From: an uncultured Gemmatimonadales bacterium
GTDB lineage: Bacteria > Gemmatimonadota > Gemmatimonadetes > Gemmatimonadales > GWC2-71-9
Assembly: GCA_963795085.1 (NCBI GenBank)
Contig: CAWCFX010000006.1
Location: 480,001 to 544,000 of the forward strand
Reading direction: 5' to 3'
Length of the DNA: 64,000 bases
This document shows positions 27,081 to 38,171 of this stretch, piece by piece. Each line of letters starts with the position of its first letter. Within the stretch, counting starts at the first letter, position 1. The notes below the pieces were generated by a model that did no database searches, was not told the origin of the DNA, and saw only the letters and a list, made by a program, of their open reading frames with translations. Both the position numbers and the translations under genes were made by a program.

Positions 27081-28672
27081 CAAGCCTTTTTGGCCCGGGA
27101 CCGACGGGGCTTCTTCGGCCGGGCGGCCTCTGCTTCGCCACCCCCTCCCGCCGGAGCTGCCTCGGCAACGGATGCCGCGACCTTGGGCTCCGCTTTCGGC
27201 GTCCGGGCCCGGGAGGTCCGGGTCCGCTTGGCCTTTTTCGGTTCTTCCTTCACCGGCACGTCCGCGGCGGCCTTGGCTGCAGGCTCGTCGATCTTCACCA
27301 CTCCTACCATGGGGACCTCGGCTCGGGTCATCCCGCCCCGGGATCCCCGGCGGAACCGGAGGCCGGCCCGCTTGCCATTGGCGGCGGCCGGTTCGGCGGG
27401 CTCCGTGCGGGACGGGGACCCGGCCGTCTCGCCCGCAGGCACCACGGAAGGCACGGCGGGGCGCTCCACCCGGAACCCGGGCCGAGTGCTCACCTCGTAC
27501 TGGTCGTCGCCCACCATGCGCACGTCGGCCACCTCGGCATCATGTGCCTGCCGGAGGAAGCGATGGAACCGTTCGGTTTCCAGCAGCGGATCGGACTTGC
27601 CGAACAAGGCCGCCATCCGGTTCCGCACCGCCTCGCCGGCGCTGGGACTGGGCAGCTCGCCCAGTGCCTGCCGGAACAGTTCGAAGGCCTGGGCCAGGGT
27701 CATCGCCTTGTCGCCGCCGGAGGCCCGTGCCGGCGTCTGGGCCGCGGCGGCGGGAGCCGCCGCAGCCGGCGAGGCCCCCGCTTCCCTGCCTCGCCCCCGG
27801 CCCCGCCCCCGGCCCCGGCCTCGCCGGGCGCCGTCTTCCCGCGCCCCTTCCCGTCCGCTCTCGCGGGCGGCCGGAGCCGCCTCCGCGGACGGCGGGGACA
27901 CCGCCGCCACCGCCGACTCGAGCGGGCCGATGTCGTACTGGCCGTTTTCCATCTTGGTGACCCGGAGCAGCTTCCGGGTCCCGGCCTCGACCAGGAACTT
28001 GCTGAACCGGTTGAACCCGGCATTGCTCTCGTCGAAGTTGGGATCGATCTGCTGCATCACCTGCTTGAGCCGGTCGGAGCGCATCACGTCATGGTTGCGC
28101 GCCATCTGGGCCACCGCCTCGCTCACCAGCTCCCACGGATCGCGCTGGATGGAAGGCGTGTCCACTTCCTTGGTCAGCCCGGCCAGGTCACTGTAGGAGT
28201 AGTATTCGTCGCAGTTCTGAATCAGCAGGTCGCTGGCCGACTCCCGGATACCCACCCCGATCACGTACTTGCCATACTCCTTCAGCTTGATGACCATCGC
28301 CGAGAAATCGCTGTCACCCGACAGCAGGATGAACGTGCCGATCTCGGGCCGGGTGAACACCAGCTCCATGGCGTCGATGGCCAGGCGGATATCGGTCGCG
28401 TTCTTCTTGTTGGTGCCGAACGCAGGCGCGAAGATGAGGTCGATCGAGGATTCGGAGAGGGGAACGATGTACTGGGGATAGCGGCGCCAGTCGGCGTAGG
28501 CCCGCTGGACCGCCACCTTGCCTTTGATGATGTCGCTGCTGAGCAGCGTCTTGAGTTCTTTGGTGAGGTCGGATCGAATCCCGAGCGTGACGTTGTCGAA
28601 ATCAATCAGCAGGGCGGCGTTGGGGGCGTGCAGGGGGCGTTCGCCGCGGGGCTTCCGCAGAATCTGGTTCAC
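27080..28672 (-). CDS. NYN-domain (PIN-like) protein with OST-HTH/LOTUS domain and disordered basic tail
   Basis: LLIDFDN, RAYADW, KNATDIRLAIDA, SGDSDF, CDEYYSY and a LOTUS-like IDPNFDESNAGFNRFSKFL. Confidence 0.9.
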   Translation of the reverse strand: MNQILRKPRGERPLHAPNAALLIDFDNVTLGIRSDLTKELKTLLSSDIIKGKVAVQRAYADWRRYPQYIVPLSESSIDLIFAPAFGTNKKNATDIRLAIDAMELVFTRPEIGTFILLSGDSDFSAMVIKLKEYGKYVIGVGIRESASDLLIQNCDEYYSYSDLAGLTKEVDTPSIQRDPWELVSEAVAQMARNHDVMRSDRLKQVMQQIDPNFDESNAGFNRFSKFLVEAGTRKLLRVTKMENGQYDIGPLESAVAAVSPPSAEAAPAARESGREGAREDGARRGRGRGRGRGRGREAGASPAAAAPAAAAQTPARASGGDKAMTLAQAFELFRQALGELPSPSAGEAVRNRMAALFGKSDPLLETERFHRFLRQAHDAEVADVRMVGDDQYEVSTRPGFRVERPAVPSVVPAGETAGSPSRTEPAEPAAANGKRAGLRFRRGSRGGMTRAEVPMVGVVKIDEPAAKAAADVPVKEEPKKAKRTRTSRARTPKAEPKVAASVAEAAPAGGGGEAEAARPKKPRRSRAKKA

Positions 28673-28998
28673 GTAGCACTTGGCTCCAGGCCCCGCCCCG
28701 GCGGACGTCCCGCAGGCGAATCATTCCGGACCCGGTCCACGGAAATTCGCCGCGGTCGCTCCCGCGGGGGAGGCCTACTAGGGGCCCTCGGGAATGCCAG
28801 GCAGACGGTTTAGCCTGTGTCAGGCCAGTACTCCGTCGACCGATCGCAGCCGAGGGCTTATCAGTCAGTTCCCGCCCATCTGGCGGGAATCAGGTTCTCC
28901 GGGGGCCGGTGGCCGGGTCGTCAGGGCACCAGCCGGATCGCGGAGTCGCCGCAAGAACATTGCAGCACTTGAATTTAGCCGGGGGAGCCGGATCGAAG

Positions 28999-30102
28999 CT
29001 AGGGGGCGGAGGCGGCCTCGATGGCGGCGACCACCCGGACCCCCGCCTGGCCGTCCCAGAACTCAGGCGCTTTTCTGGCCTGCTTTCCGTTGGACCGGTC
29101 ACCCAGGACTCCCTGGATTGCCGCTTCGACCGCCGCCCGGGTGGAGCGGACCAGCCGGTTAGTTCCCTGGGTGACGGTGACCGGGCGCTCGGTATTGGGA
29201 CGGGCGGTGATGCAGGGGACACCGAGCACGGTGGTCTCTTCCTGGAGCCCGCCGGAATCGGTGAGTACCAGCGCGGAGCGGTCGACCAGCGAGATCGTCT
29301 CGAGGTACCCGAGCGGTTCCACCAGCCGGACATCGCCGGCGAGCTGGGCCAGCCCGAATTCCTCGATCCTTCGCCGGGTCCGGGGATGAATGGGGAAGAT
29401 CACCGGCATGGTCCGGGCGAGGTCGCCCAGTGCGGCCAGCAGTTCGCCCAGGGTCTCCCGGGAATCCACGTTGGAGGGTCGGTGCAGGGTCACCAGGGCG
29501 TACCCTCGGTCCGCCAGCCCGAACCGCTCCGGCGTACCGGTTGCCCGGGCCCGGTCCAGCAGGTGCAGCAGGGTATCCACCATGACATTGCCGACCAGCA
29601 CGATCCGGTGCGGTTCGATCCCCTCGGCGGCCAGGTTCTCGTCACCGTCCCGGCTTGGCGTCAGGCAGAGGTCGGCCAGCTGGTCGGTGAGGATCCGGTT
29701 CAACTCTTCCGGCATTCCCCGGTCCCGGCTGCGCAGCCCGGCCTCCACGTGGGCGATCCGGATACCTTTCTTGGCGGCAACCAGCGCGCAGGCGATGGTG
29801 GAGTTCACATCGCCATAGACCAGGATCCAGTCGGGACGGTGCTGGTCCAGCACCGGCTCGAACTCGATCATGATGCGCCCGGTCTGGACGGCGTGGGAGC
29901 CGGAGCCCACCCCCAGGTTCACGTCGGGGGCGGGCAGGTCCAGGTCGGTAAAGAACGCGTCGCTCATGGCGTGGTCGTAGTGCTGGCCGGTGTGCACGAG
30001 GACCTGTTCGACTCCAGGCCGAGCCCGGGCCGCGCGGATCACCGGCGCCACTTTCATGAAGTTGGGCCGGGCCCCGACGACGTGGAGAAGTTTCATGGGC
30101 AT
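28999..30102 (-). CDS. wecB: UDP-N-acetylglucosamine 2-epimerase (non-hydrolysing)
   Basis: GARPNFMK, HTGQHYD, HVEAGLRS, MPEELNR, TLHRPSNVD and TDSGGLQEE. Confidence 0.96.
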   Translation of the reverse strand: MPMKLLHVVGARPNFMKVAPVIRAARARPGVEQVLVHTGQHYDHAMSDAFFTDLDLPAPDVNLGVGSGSHAVQTGRIMIEFEPVLDQHRPDWILVYGDVNSTIACALVAAKKGIRIAHVEAGLRSRDRGMPEELNRILTDQLADLCLTPSRDGDENLAAEGIEPHRIVLVGNVMVDTLLHLLDRARATGTPERFGLADRGYALVTLHRPSNVDSRETLGELLAALGDLARTMPVIFPIHPRTRRRIEEFGLAQLAGDVRLVEPLGYLETISLVDRSALVLTDSGGLQEETTVLGVPCITARPNTERPVTVTQGTNRLVRSTRAAVEAAIQGVLGDRSNGKQARKAPEFWDGQAGVRVVAAIEAASAP

Positions 30103-30120
30103 TTCAGATTTCAGATTTTA

Positions 30121-30205
30121 GCGTGCTGGGTGCTGCGTGCTGATTGAAGCTCTCCGCCTCCGCCCCGGCTGCGCTCTGCACTCTGCACTCTGCACTCTGC
30201 ACTCA
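30121..30205. repeat. Heptamer repeat (GCACTCT-type x5) with inverted GCGTGCT-type units
   Basis: GCGCTCT-GCACTCT x3-GCACTCA abuts the kinase stop, with GCGTGCT/GGGTGCT/GCGTGCT at 30121-30141. It is the same family as the repeat after rho. Confidence 0.75.
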
Positions 30206-31372
30206 CAGTTGGGCCGCCTGGGGAAGCTCCAGCTCAAAGTAGAAGCGGGTTCCCGAGTCGGGCGACGTCTCCACCTTGAGCTCGGAGCCCATGGCTTCGA
30301 CCAGCTTGCGGCAGATGGAGAGGCCCAGCCCGGCGCCGGAGAACTTGTAGTCGCCGCTCTTGATCCGGCGGCGGAAGGGCAGGAAGAGGGTGTTCATGGC
30401 CTGGGGCGGGATGCCCCGGCCGGTGTCCTGGACCGAGAACTCGAGGCCGGTCCGCCCCGATTGCCGGGCCAGGACCTCGACGTGACCCTCGTCGGTAAAC
30501 TTGAGCGCGTTGGTGGTGAGGTTGAGGAGGACCCGGCTGAGCGCGACCGGGTGGCCAATCCGAAAATCTGAGCCCGGCGGCGCGACCCGCACGGCCAGGC
30601 CTTTTTCCTCGGCGATGGGAAGCACGATATCGCGGACTGACTCGAGAATGTCGGTGACGCTGAACGGGATGGGATCGAGGTCCACCAGCCGGTCGCCGCC
30701 CCGCGCCAGCTCGATCACGTCGCTGGCCATGGCGCTCAGCCCGAACGCCGCGCTGTAGATCAGCCCCAGCTGGCGCTCCTGGATCTCGTTGATGGCCCCG
30801 CTGCGCCCCCGCTGCAGCGTCTCCGCGAGAAAGAGGATCGAGGTCAGCGGCGAGCGGATGTCATGGGCTACTTCGACGACGAGTTCGAGGCCGTTGGGGC
30901 CGGAGAGGCGGTCGGCGAAATGCTGGGCCCAGTCGGGATCCAGCCCGTGGGCCACCCGCTCGATGGCGCAGAGCAGGTGGATGGCTTCGCCGGCCGGAAT
31001 CAGGGTACCCGCGCCGTCGATCTCGCCCAGCAGGAACCGGCGAATCAGGTCGAGCAGGTGGCGGGACAGGGGCGACCGCACCAGGTCGGTGACCGGAGCC
31101 TCGCCGCGCAGCGCGCTCTGCCGGATGGCTTCCTTGAGGAGCAGCGCCTGGGCTTCGATTTCTTCCGAGATATGCGATCCGGCTTCCAGTCCGGGCCATT
31201 CGGTCCGAACCCGCACCACCGCCCGGTCCAGGGCGCCCGCCAGGGCGGGGGAAAGCTCGGAAGGAAACGCCTCCGCCGGACGCGCTCCCGCGGCCCCATG
31301 TTCGGGGGTGCGGCGGGGGGCGTGCCGGGCTCGTTCGTCCGTCGTCGCTTTACCGGTCACCTGGCTGGGCAT
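30203..31372 (-). CDS. Cytoplasmic sensor histidine kinase
   Basis: H-box AHDIRSPL, N-box NLTTNALKF, DTGRGI and GAGLGLSIC, with no TM segment. Confidence 0.92.
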   Translation of the reverse strand: MPSQVTGKATTDERARHAPRRTPEHGAAGARPAEAFPSELSPALAGALDRAVVRVRTEWPGLEAGSHISEEIEAQALLLKEAIRQSALRGEAPVTDLVRSPLSRHLLDLIRRFLLGEIDGAGTLIPAGEAIHLLCAIERVAHGLDPDWAQHFADRLSGPNGLELVVEVAHDIRSPLTSILFLAETLQRGRSGAINEIQERQLGLIYSAAFGLSAMASDVIELARGGDRLVDLDPIPFSVTDILESVRDIVLPIAEEKGLAVRVAPPGSDFRIGHPVALSRVLLNLTTNALKFTDEGHVEVLARQSGRTGLEFSVQDTGRGIPPQAMNTLFLPFRRRIKSGDYKFSGAGLGLSICRKLVEAMGSELKVETSPDSGTRFYFELELPQAAQL

Positions 31373-31374
31373 CC

Positions 31375-32901
<1,527 letters not shown>

Positions 32902-33274
32902 CGTTGTCTCCTTACAACTGTGGTCTGGTCACACCGTGGACCGGGGGGTACAAGCTTACTCCCGGATCTCTATGCAATTTGCGCGCACTGACGCCGACAC
33001 CCCACATAACGGGGTCCAGCGGTCCCACCAGCGCGACACCACGACACCATAACTGTTGCAGACACGCCACAGAATGGCAAGGGCGAACCGCTCCGACCAC
33101 TATCAAAAGGGTCAACAAACACGGTGGGCGGAGCGTAGCCTGAATTACCTTGGCCCCCGCAATGGGGGAGCCCAGGCTTGACCCGGGCAGAACACGGTAT
33201 CTCCTTTGCGTACAGCAGTTGAGCCCCCATCCCTTTTCGGGGGCCACGCCCTAGTCACCCGGAGCCGTCTCCGC

Positions 33275-35713
33275 ATGTCCGGTAACCTGATTCCGTCCCA
33301 TGGACCTCAATCGCTCGAGCCCCAGCAGGACCTGGGTCTCCAGGGTGGGGCGCCCTACGATGTCCCACCCGCCGACACCGGCGACGGCGTCCAGTGGGGC
33401 CGGTATATTTCGGCGCTCCGGCGGTACCGCTGGTTCATGCTCCTGGTCGTATTGCTGGGAACCGGGATCGGGGTGGGCATCACCCGCTTCATCGATCCCG
33501 AGTACGTGGCCCGCTCTACCCTGTGGATCGAACAGGGAGGGGGCAAGGGCGGCCCCATTCAGTCCAAGCAGCTGGTCGGCGGGAACCAGTGGACCGAACT
33601 GATCCGGAGCTTTGTGGTCATCGACACCGTGGTGCTCCGGCTTTCGCTGTTCGTGGAGCCCAGGAAAACGGCCGATTCCACGGTGTTTCGCGGGTTTTCG
33701 CTGGCCCGGCGGTTCGTCCCTGGGAAGTTCTCCATCAAGGTGAACGAGGCGGGCGACCGCTATTCGCTGGTCTCTAATGAAGGGGTAGACGTCGAAACTG
33801 GCGTCGTGGGCGATTCCGTGGGCCGCAAGATCGGCTTTCTCTGGCAGCCCGCCAAGCGGGCCCTGGGCCGGGACCGGACCATCAAGTTCACCGTCACCAC
33901 CCCGCGAGAGGCGTCGAACCAGCTGCTGGCCCGGTTCAACGCGGGCATGCAGGTGGAGAGCAACTTCCTTCGGCTGACGCTCAAGGATATCGATCCGTAC
34001 CGCGCCGCGGCCACCCTGAACATTCTCGACACTCAGTTCGTCAATCTTTCGGCCGATCTCAAGAAGAAGCAGATCGCCGAGCTGTCGCTCATCCTGAAGA
34101 GCCAGCTGGACACGGTCCAGGCCCAGCTGCGCGACGCCGAAAACAAGTATAAGAACTACCAGATCGCGATCATCACCGAGCCGACTCAGCAAATCGGGGT
34201 CAGCCCCGGCCTGCTGTCCACCTCGGCGCAGTCCACCAGCATGTACTTCCAGCAGAAGATGCAGCTGGACGCGGTGACCAAGGACCGCGAGGCCATCGAG
34301 CAGGTGCTGGGCCGGCTCCGGACCGGTGAAGCGACGGTGGACGCGTTTCAGACCATCGGCATCGTCCGGACCTCCCCGGCCCTGTCCGGGGCCCTCACCG
34401 AGCTGTCCCAGAAGGAATCGGAACTGCGCGCCCTGCTCTACCGGTACACGGACGAGCACAAGCCGGTGCAGGACGTCAAGGTGATGATCCAGACGCTCAA
34501 GGAGCAGACGATTCCGGAACTGGCCAACGCGCTGGTCACCCAGTTGCGCAGCCAGGAAGGCAATCTGGGGCAGGATCTCAGGGGGGCGGAGGCCGACCTC
34601 CGACTGATCCCGGTCCGGGCCATCGAGGAGGCCCGGCTGGCCCGCGACGTCCAGGCGCTTACCATGCTGGCCACCGACCTCAATAACCGGTACCAGCAGA
34701 ACGCCCTGGCGGAGAAGAGTTCGCAGGCGGACGTGCGCATTCTCGACGATGCCCAGCCGCCCCTCAAGCCGACCAGCAACACGGCGCCCAAGATCATCCT
34801 GATGGCGTTCGCGGCCAGCCTTGGCGCGGCGCTGGCGCTGGCGATCCTGCTGGATATGCTGGATAAGCGGTTCCGCTACCCGGAGCAGGTATCCCGGGAA
34901 CTGGGGCTGAGTATCCTGGGCGCAATTCCCGGGATCAAGCGCTCCAACGGCCGGCAACTCAAGGCCGAGGAGGCGGCGCAGGTGGTCGAGGCCTTCCGCA
35001 CGGTACGCCTCAACCTGGCCCATTCCTACGGGGCGGCGGGTCCGGTCATGCTGACCGTCTCCAGTCCGGGCTCCGGCGACGGCAAGTCGCTGGTGTCCTC
35101 CAACCTGGCTCTTTCCTTCGCAGAAGCGGGCTACCGGACGCTGCTGATCGACGGCGATATCCGGCGCGGGGAGTTGCACCGGATGTTCAGCCTCGACCGG
35201 CGGCCCGGCTTGCTCGACTACCTGGTCGGCGATTCCACGATGGACGCGATCGTGCGGACTTCGACGCACGAAGGGCTCTCGGTGATTCCCTGCGGCACCC
35301 GGCGGCAGCAGGGGCCCGAGTTGCTCGGTTCCGCCGCGATGAGCCACCTCATGGCCGAAATGAAGACCCGGTTCAACGTGATCATCGTGGACAGTCCGCC
35401 GCTGGGTGCCGGCATCGATCCCTTCGTGCTGGGCACGGCGACCGGCCACATGCTGATGGTGTTCCGGTCCGGCGAGACCGACCGCCAGATGGCGGAGGCC
35501 AAGCTGAAGCTGCTGGACCGCCTGCCGGTCCGGGTACTGGGCGCGGTGCTCAACGACATCCAGGCCGATGGCGTGTACAAGTACTACTCCTATCTCTATG
35601 GCTATACCGCGGACGAGGAAGGAACCCGGCAACTCGCCGGTCAGACCGCCGATACCCCGGGCAATGGCAACGGGGACGGAGGCGGTGGGGAAATCGAGGT
35701 GGGGACCAAGTAG
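33275..35713 (+). CDS. wzc: Wzc-type polysaccharide co-polymerase / tyrosine autokinase
   Basis: Two TMs flanking a coiled-coil periplasmic region, Walker A SSPGSGDGKS, LIDGDIRR, IVDSPP and the Tyr cluster YKYYSYLYGY. Confidence 0.93.
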   Translation: MSGNLIPSHGPQSLEPQQDLGLQGGAPYDVPPADTGDGVQWGRYISALRRYRWFMLLVVLLGTGIGVGITRFIDPEYVARSTLWIEQGGGKGGPIQSKQLVGGNQWTELIRSFVVIDTVVLRLSLFVEPRKTADSTVFRGFSLARRFVPGKFSIKVNEAGDRYSLVSNEGVDVETGVVGDSVGRKIGFLWQPAKRALGRDRTIKFTVTTPREASNQLLARFNAGMQVESNFLRLTLKDIDPYRAAATLNILDTQFVNLSADLKKKQIAELSLILKSQLDTVQAQLRDAENKYKNYQIAIITEPTQQIGVSPGLLSTSAQSTSMYFQQKMQLDAVTKDREAIEQVLGRLRTGEATVDAFQTIGIVRTSPALSGALTELSQKESELRALLYRYTDEHKPVQDVKVMIQTLKEQTIPELANALVTQLRSQEGNLGQDLRGAEADLRLIPVRAIEEARLARDVQALTMLATDLNNRYQQNALAEKSSQADVRILDDAQPPLKPTSNTAPKIILMAFAASLGAALALAILLDMLDKRFRYPEQVSRELGLSILGAIPGIKRSNGRQLKAEEAAQVVEAFRTVRLNLAHSYGAAGPVMLTVSSPGSGDGKSLVSSNLALSFAEAGYRTLLIDGDIRRGELHRMFSLDRRPGLLDYLVGDSTMDAIVRTSTHEGLSVIPCGTRRQQGPELLGSAAMSHLMAEMKTRFNVIIVDSPPLGAGIDPFVLGTATGHMLMVFRSGETDRQMAEAKLKLLDRLPVRVLGAVLNDIQADGVYKYYSYLYGYTADEEGTRQLAGQTADTPGNGNGDGGGGEIEVGTK

Positions 35714-35721
35714 CCACGACA

Positions 35722-35746
35722 AAGGGCCGGTCGAGGACCGGCCCTT
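35722..35746. terminator. Hairpin terminator between convergent genes
   Basis: AAGGGCCGGTC-GAG-GACCGGCCCTT forms a perfect 11-bp stem. Confidence 0.75.
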
Positions 35747-35762
35747 CTGTTACCGCCGGGAC

Positions 35763-36725
35763 TCAGGACAGCGACTTGACGGGCACCTGCTCGAAGGCCT
35801 TGATCCGCTCGCCATTGCCCTCGGTGCGAAGGTGGCGGAGGGCGGTGGTGGCGCGAAGCAGCATCTCGACCGCGTCCACCGACGATTCGGCGAAATCGGG
35901 CACGGCGCAGTACCCCGCCCGGATGCGAAGCCGTTTCTCAAGATCGCCCAGGTTGACGCTCTCCGACTCGATGCTCTGCCCCAGTCGCTGCATCAGGCGG
36001 AGCGCTCCCTCGGCCTCGGTGCCGGGGGCGATGACCGCGAATTCGGACCGGCCCAGCCGGCCGATGGCGTCGGAGGCACGGCCGTGCTGGCGAATGATTT
36101 CGCCGACCCGCTCGGCGACCCTGAGGGCGATCTCTTCGGTGGCCTGATCGGTGTGGTCGGAGGCGGCGGATTCGGGATCGGGCGAGAAAACGATGCAGGC
36201 GAGGGCGTGGTGGCGGCGAAAGGCTTCGGACCCGATTTCGCGAGCCCGCTTGGCGAGGCCCCGCATGTTATAAAGCCCGGTCAGCTGGTCCAGCAGGCTT
36301 TCATCACGAACCCGGTCGATTTCAAACTTGGCCCGGATGAATGTCTGCAGCTTGAGCAGCAGCGCTTCGCCGTCGAGCGGCTGGCCCAGGAACTCCCATG
36401 CGCCGGCGCGGTAGGCTTCCAGCCGCTGAGCTCTTCCGGAGGGGCCGCTGGTGGTGATGATGATCGGGACCGTGCCGCTGAAGCGGGCATCATCCTTGAG
36501 CGCCCGGCACACCTCGACCCCATGCATGTCCGGCATCTGGGCGTCGAGGATGATCAGGTCCGGCTGCGCGGTCCGGGCCCGGTCAAGGGCCTGCTGCCCG
36601 GTATAGGCGCGGAGCACGGCAAAGCCGTTGGGCGCGAGAATGCTCTCCAGCGAGCGGGCAGACCATTCCTGGTCATTCGCGATGAGGACGAGAGGTGGGC
36701 GTGACGCCTTTTCGCGGTCGGTCAT
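35763..36725 (-). CDS. Atypical receiver domain + degenerate GGDEF domain protein
   Basis: REC (LIANDQ, ILDAQMP, FLGQP), then DQLTGLYN, RASD-AIGRL-GRSEF and LRIRAG. Start at ATG 36725. Confidence 0.88.
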   Translation of the reverse strand: MTDREKASRPPLVLIANDQEWSARSLESILAPNGFAVLRAYTGQQALDRARTAQPDLIILDAQMPDMHGVEVCRALKDDARFSGTVPIIITTSGPSGRAQRLEAYRAGAWEFLGQPLDGEALLLKLQTFIRAKFEIDRVRDESLLDQLTGLYNMRGLAKRAREIGSEAFRRHHALACIVFSPDPESAASDHTDQATEEIALRVAERVGEIIRQHGRASDAIGRLGRSEFAVIAPGTEAEGALRLMQRLGQSIESESVNLGDLEKRLRIRAGYCAVPDFAESSVDAVEMLLRATTALRHLRTEGNGERIKAFEQVPVKSLS

Positions 36726-36731
36726 TATCTC

Positions 36732-36790
36732 TCGCTCGGGGAGCCGGTCTTGGACTTCGCTCGGGGAGCCGGTCTTGGACTTCGCTCGGG
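36732..36790. repeat. 25-bp perfect tandem duplication (x2.4)
   Basis: TCGCTCGGGGAGCCGGTCTTGGACT at 36732 and 36757, plus a partial copy at 36782. Confidence 0.95.
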
Positions 36791-37334
36791 TCGGACGCGG
36801 AACTTCTGGTTCTGACTGCAGGACTCGTGCGGGACCGGTCTGAGCCCGCAAGACAATACAAATCTTAGTCTTATATTGCAATATAGTTTGCAGGGCGGCA
36901 GTCCGGGCGCAACATCGCTACAGCCTTGAAACCACAAGACTTAGTCCGGGGATGTCGGCGCTCGCTCCCTTCGCCAGCCATGATTGACATGGTAAGTTGT
37001 TATAATTACTTGGCTTACATGGTGCGACGGGGACCAAGCCAGTGGGTGAAGACCGGGAGGGAAAAGGGCGGGGACCTCCCGGTGCCGAAACTTGCCCCTT
37101 AACGGCGCCGAGGAGCCCGCGAACCCGATCTCCGGACCTGGAGAGCCCGGGATTCCAATCGACCTGTGGCACAGCCACCTCACTTAGTGTAAGCGATTGC
37201 CAACATTGAGACTTCCAAGACTTTCCCGGGTTCTGTATCACAGGGCTATTCCTATGGTATCTCTTAGCTTGATCCACCGGGCGCCAGTGTGGGGTCCACT
37301 CAACTCTAGCACGAGGGATGCACCGGGGGAGTGC

Positions 37335-38171
37335 ATGATAGAGCCTATTCGCCATCAATCGCGCCGGCGCCTGACGCCATCGGTATACGCTTTGCTCATC
37401 CTTCTGATCGGTGCGGCCACCGCAGCGGCCCAGGTGGCTCCCACCATGGACCGGAGGCCCCAGGCTTCGCGAGCGGACCTGGAATCCACCCTGGTGGACA
37501 TCGAGAAAATTATCGCGTCGCCGGCTTACAGCGACGAGGTCAAGCGGCAGAAACAGATGGAAGCCGCCTCCATCCGGACCCGCCTCCAGGATGGCGACTT
37601 CCAGGTGGGCGACCAGTTGGCCATCACCCTGTCGGTCCCCATCCAGCCGGGGGGGCAGCCGATCAACAACGGAGTCTTCGCGGTGGGCCCGGACCAGATG
37701 CTGCAGCTTCCAGACATCGCGGCGATCCCGTTGCGCGGGGTGTTACGGTCGGAGGTGCAGACCTACCTGACCGAGCAGCTCCGCCGACTGTTCAAGGACC
37801 AGACGGTGCTGGTGGTGCCGACCATCCGGCTCACCATTCTCGGCGGGATCGGCAATCCCGGCTTCTACCAGTTGCCGGCGGACACCCCGCTCCCCGACGC
37901 CATCATGAAGGCGGGAGGGCCGGGCGGCAATACCGAACTCAACAAGTCCGTGATCCGGCGAGGCACCGAAGAATTGTGGGGAGAGGAAGAAGTCGCCGCC
38001 GCCATCACGGCCGGTACTACGCTGGATCAGCTCAACCTGCGCGCCGGGGATGAGCTGGTCATTGGCCAGAAATCCACTACGAACTGGTTCACCACATTAC
38101 GGACATACGCGCTCATCCCATCTCTGATCCTGAGCCTGGTCGCCCTCGGCCGGTTGTTCGGGATCATTTGA
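37335..38171 (+). CDS. Polysaccharide export protein (Wza/OPX-like, SLBB domain)
   Basis: Signal peptide, FQVGDQL poly_export-like segment, SLBB (LGGIGNPGFY...AIMKAGG), LRAGDEL and a C-terminal hydrophobic helix. Confidence 0.8.
   Translation: MIEPIRHQSRRRLTPSVYALLILLIGAATAAAQVAPTMDRRPQASRADLESTLVDIEKIIASPAYSDEVKRQKQMEAASIRTRLQDGDFQVGDQLAITLSVPIQPGGQPINNGVFAVGPDQMLQLPDIAAIPLRGVLRSEVQTYLTEQLRRLFKDQTVLVVPTIRLTILGGIGNPGFYQLPADTPLPDAIMKAGGPGGNTELNKSVIRRGTEELWGEEEVAAAITAGTTLDQLNLRAGDELVIGQKSTTNWFTTLRTYALIPSLILSLVALGRLFGII

Noticed and set aside
33251..35722. Long antisense ORFs (823 aa here; similar ones opposite rho, cysN and the paralogs)
   Set aside because: These are typical stop-poor shadow frames of high-GC genes, with no recognisable motifs.
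35763..36881. Active diguanylate cyclase and the longer 372-aa start
   Set aside because: The catalytic motif is degenerate, and the N-terminal extension runs through the AT-rich promoter region and the tandem duplication.
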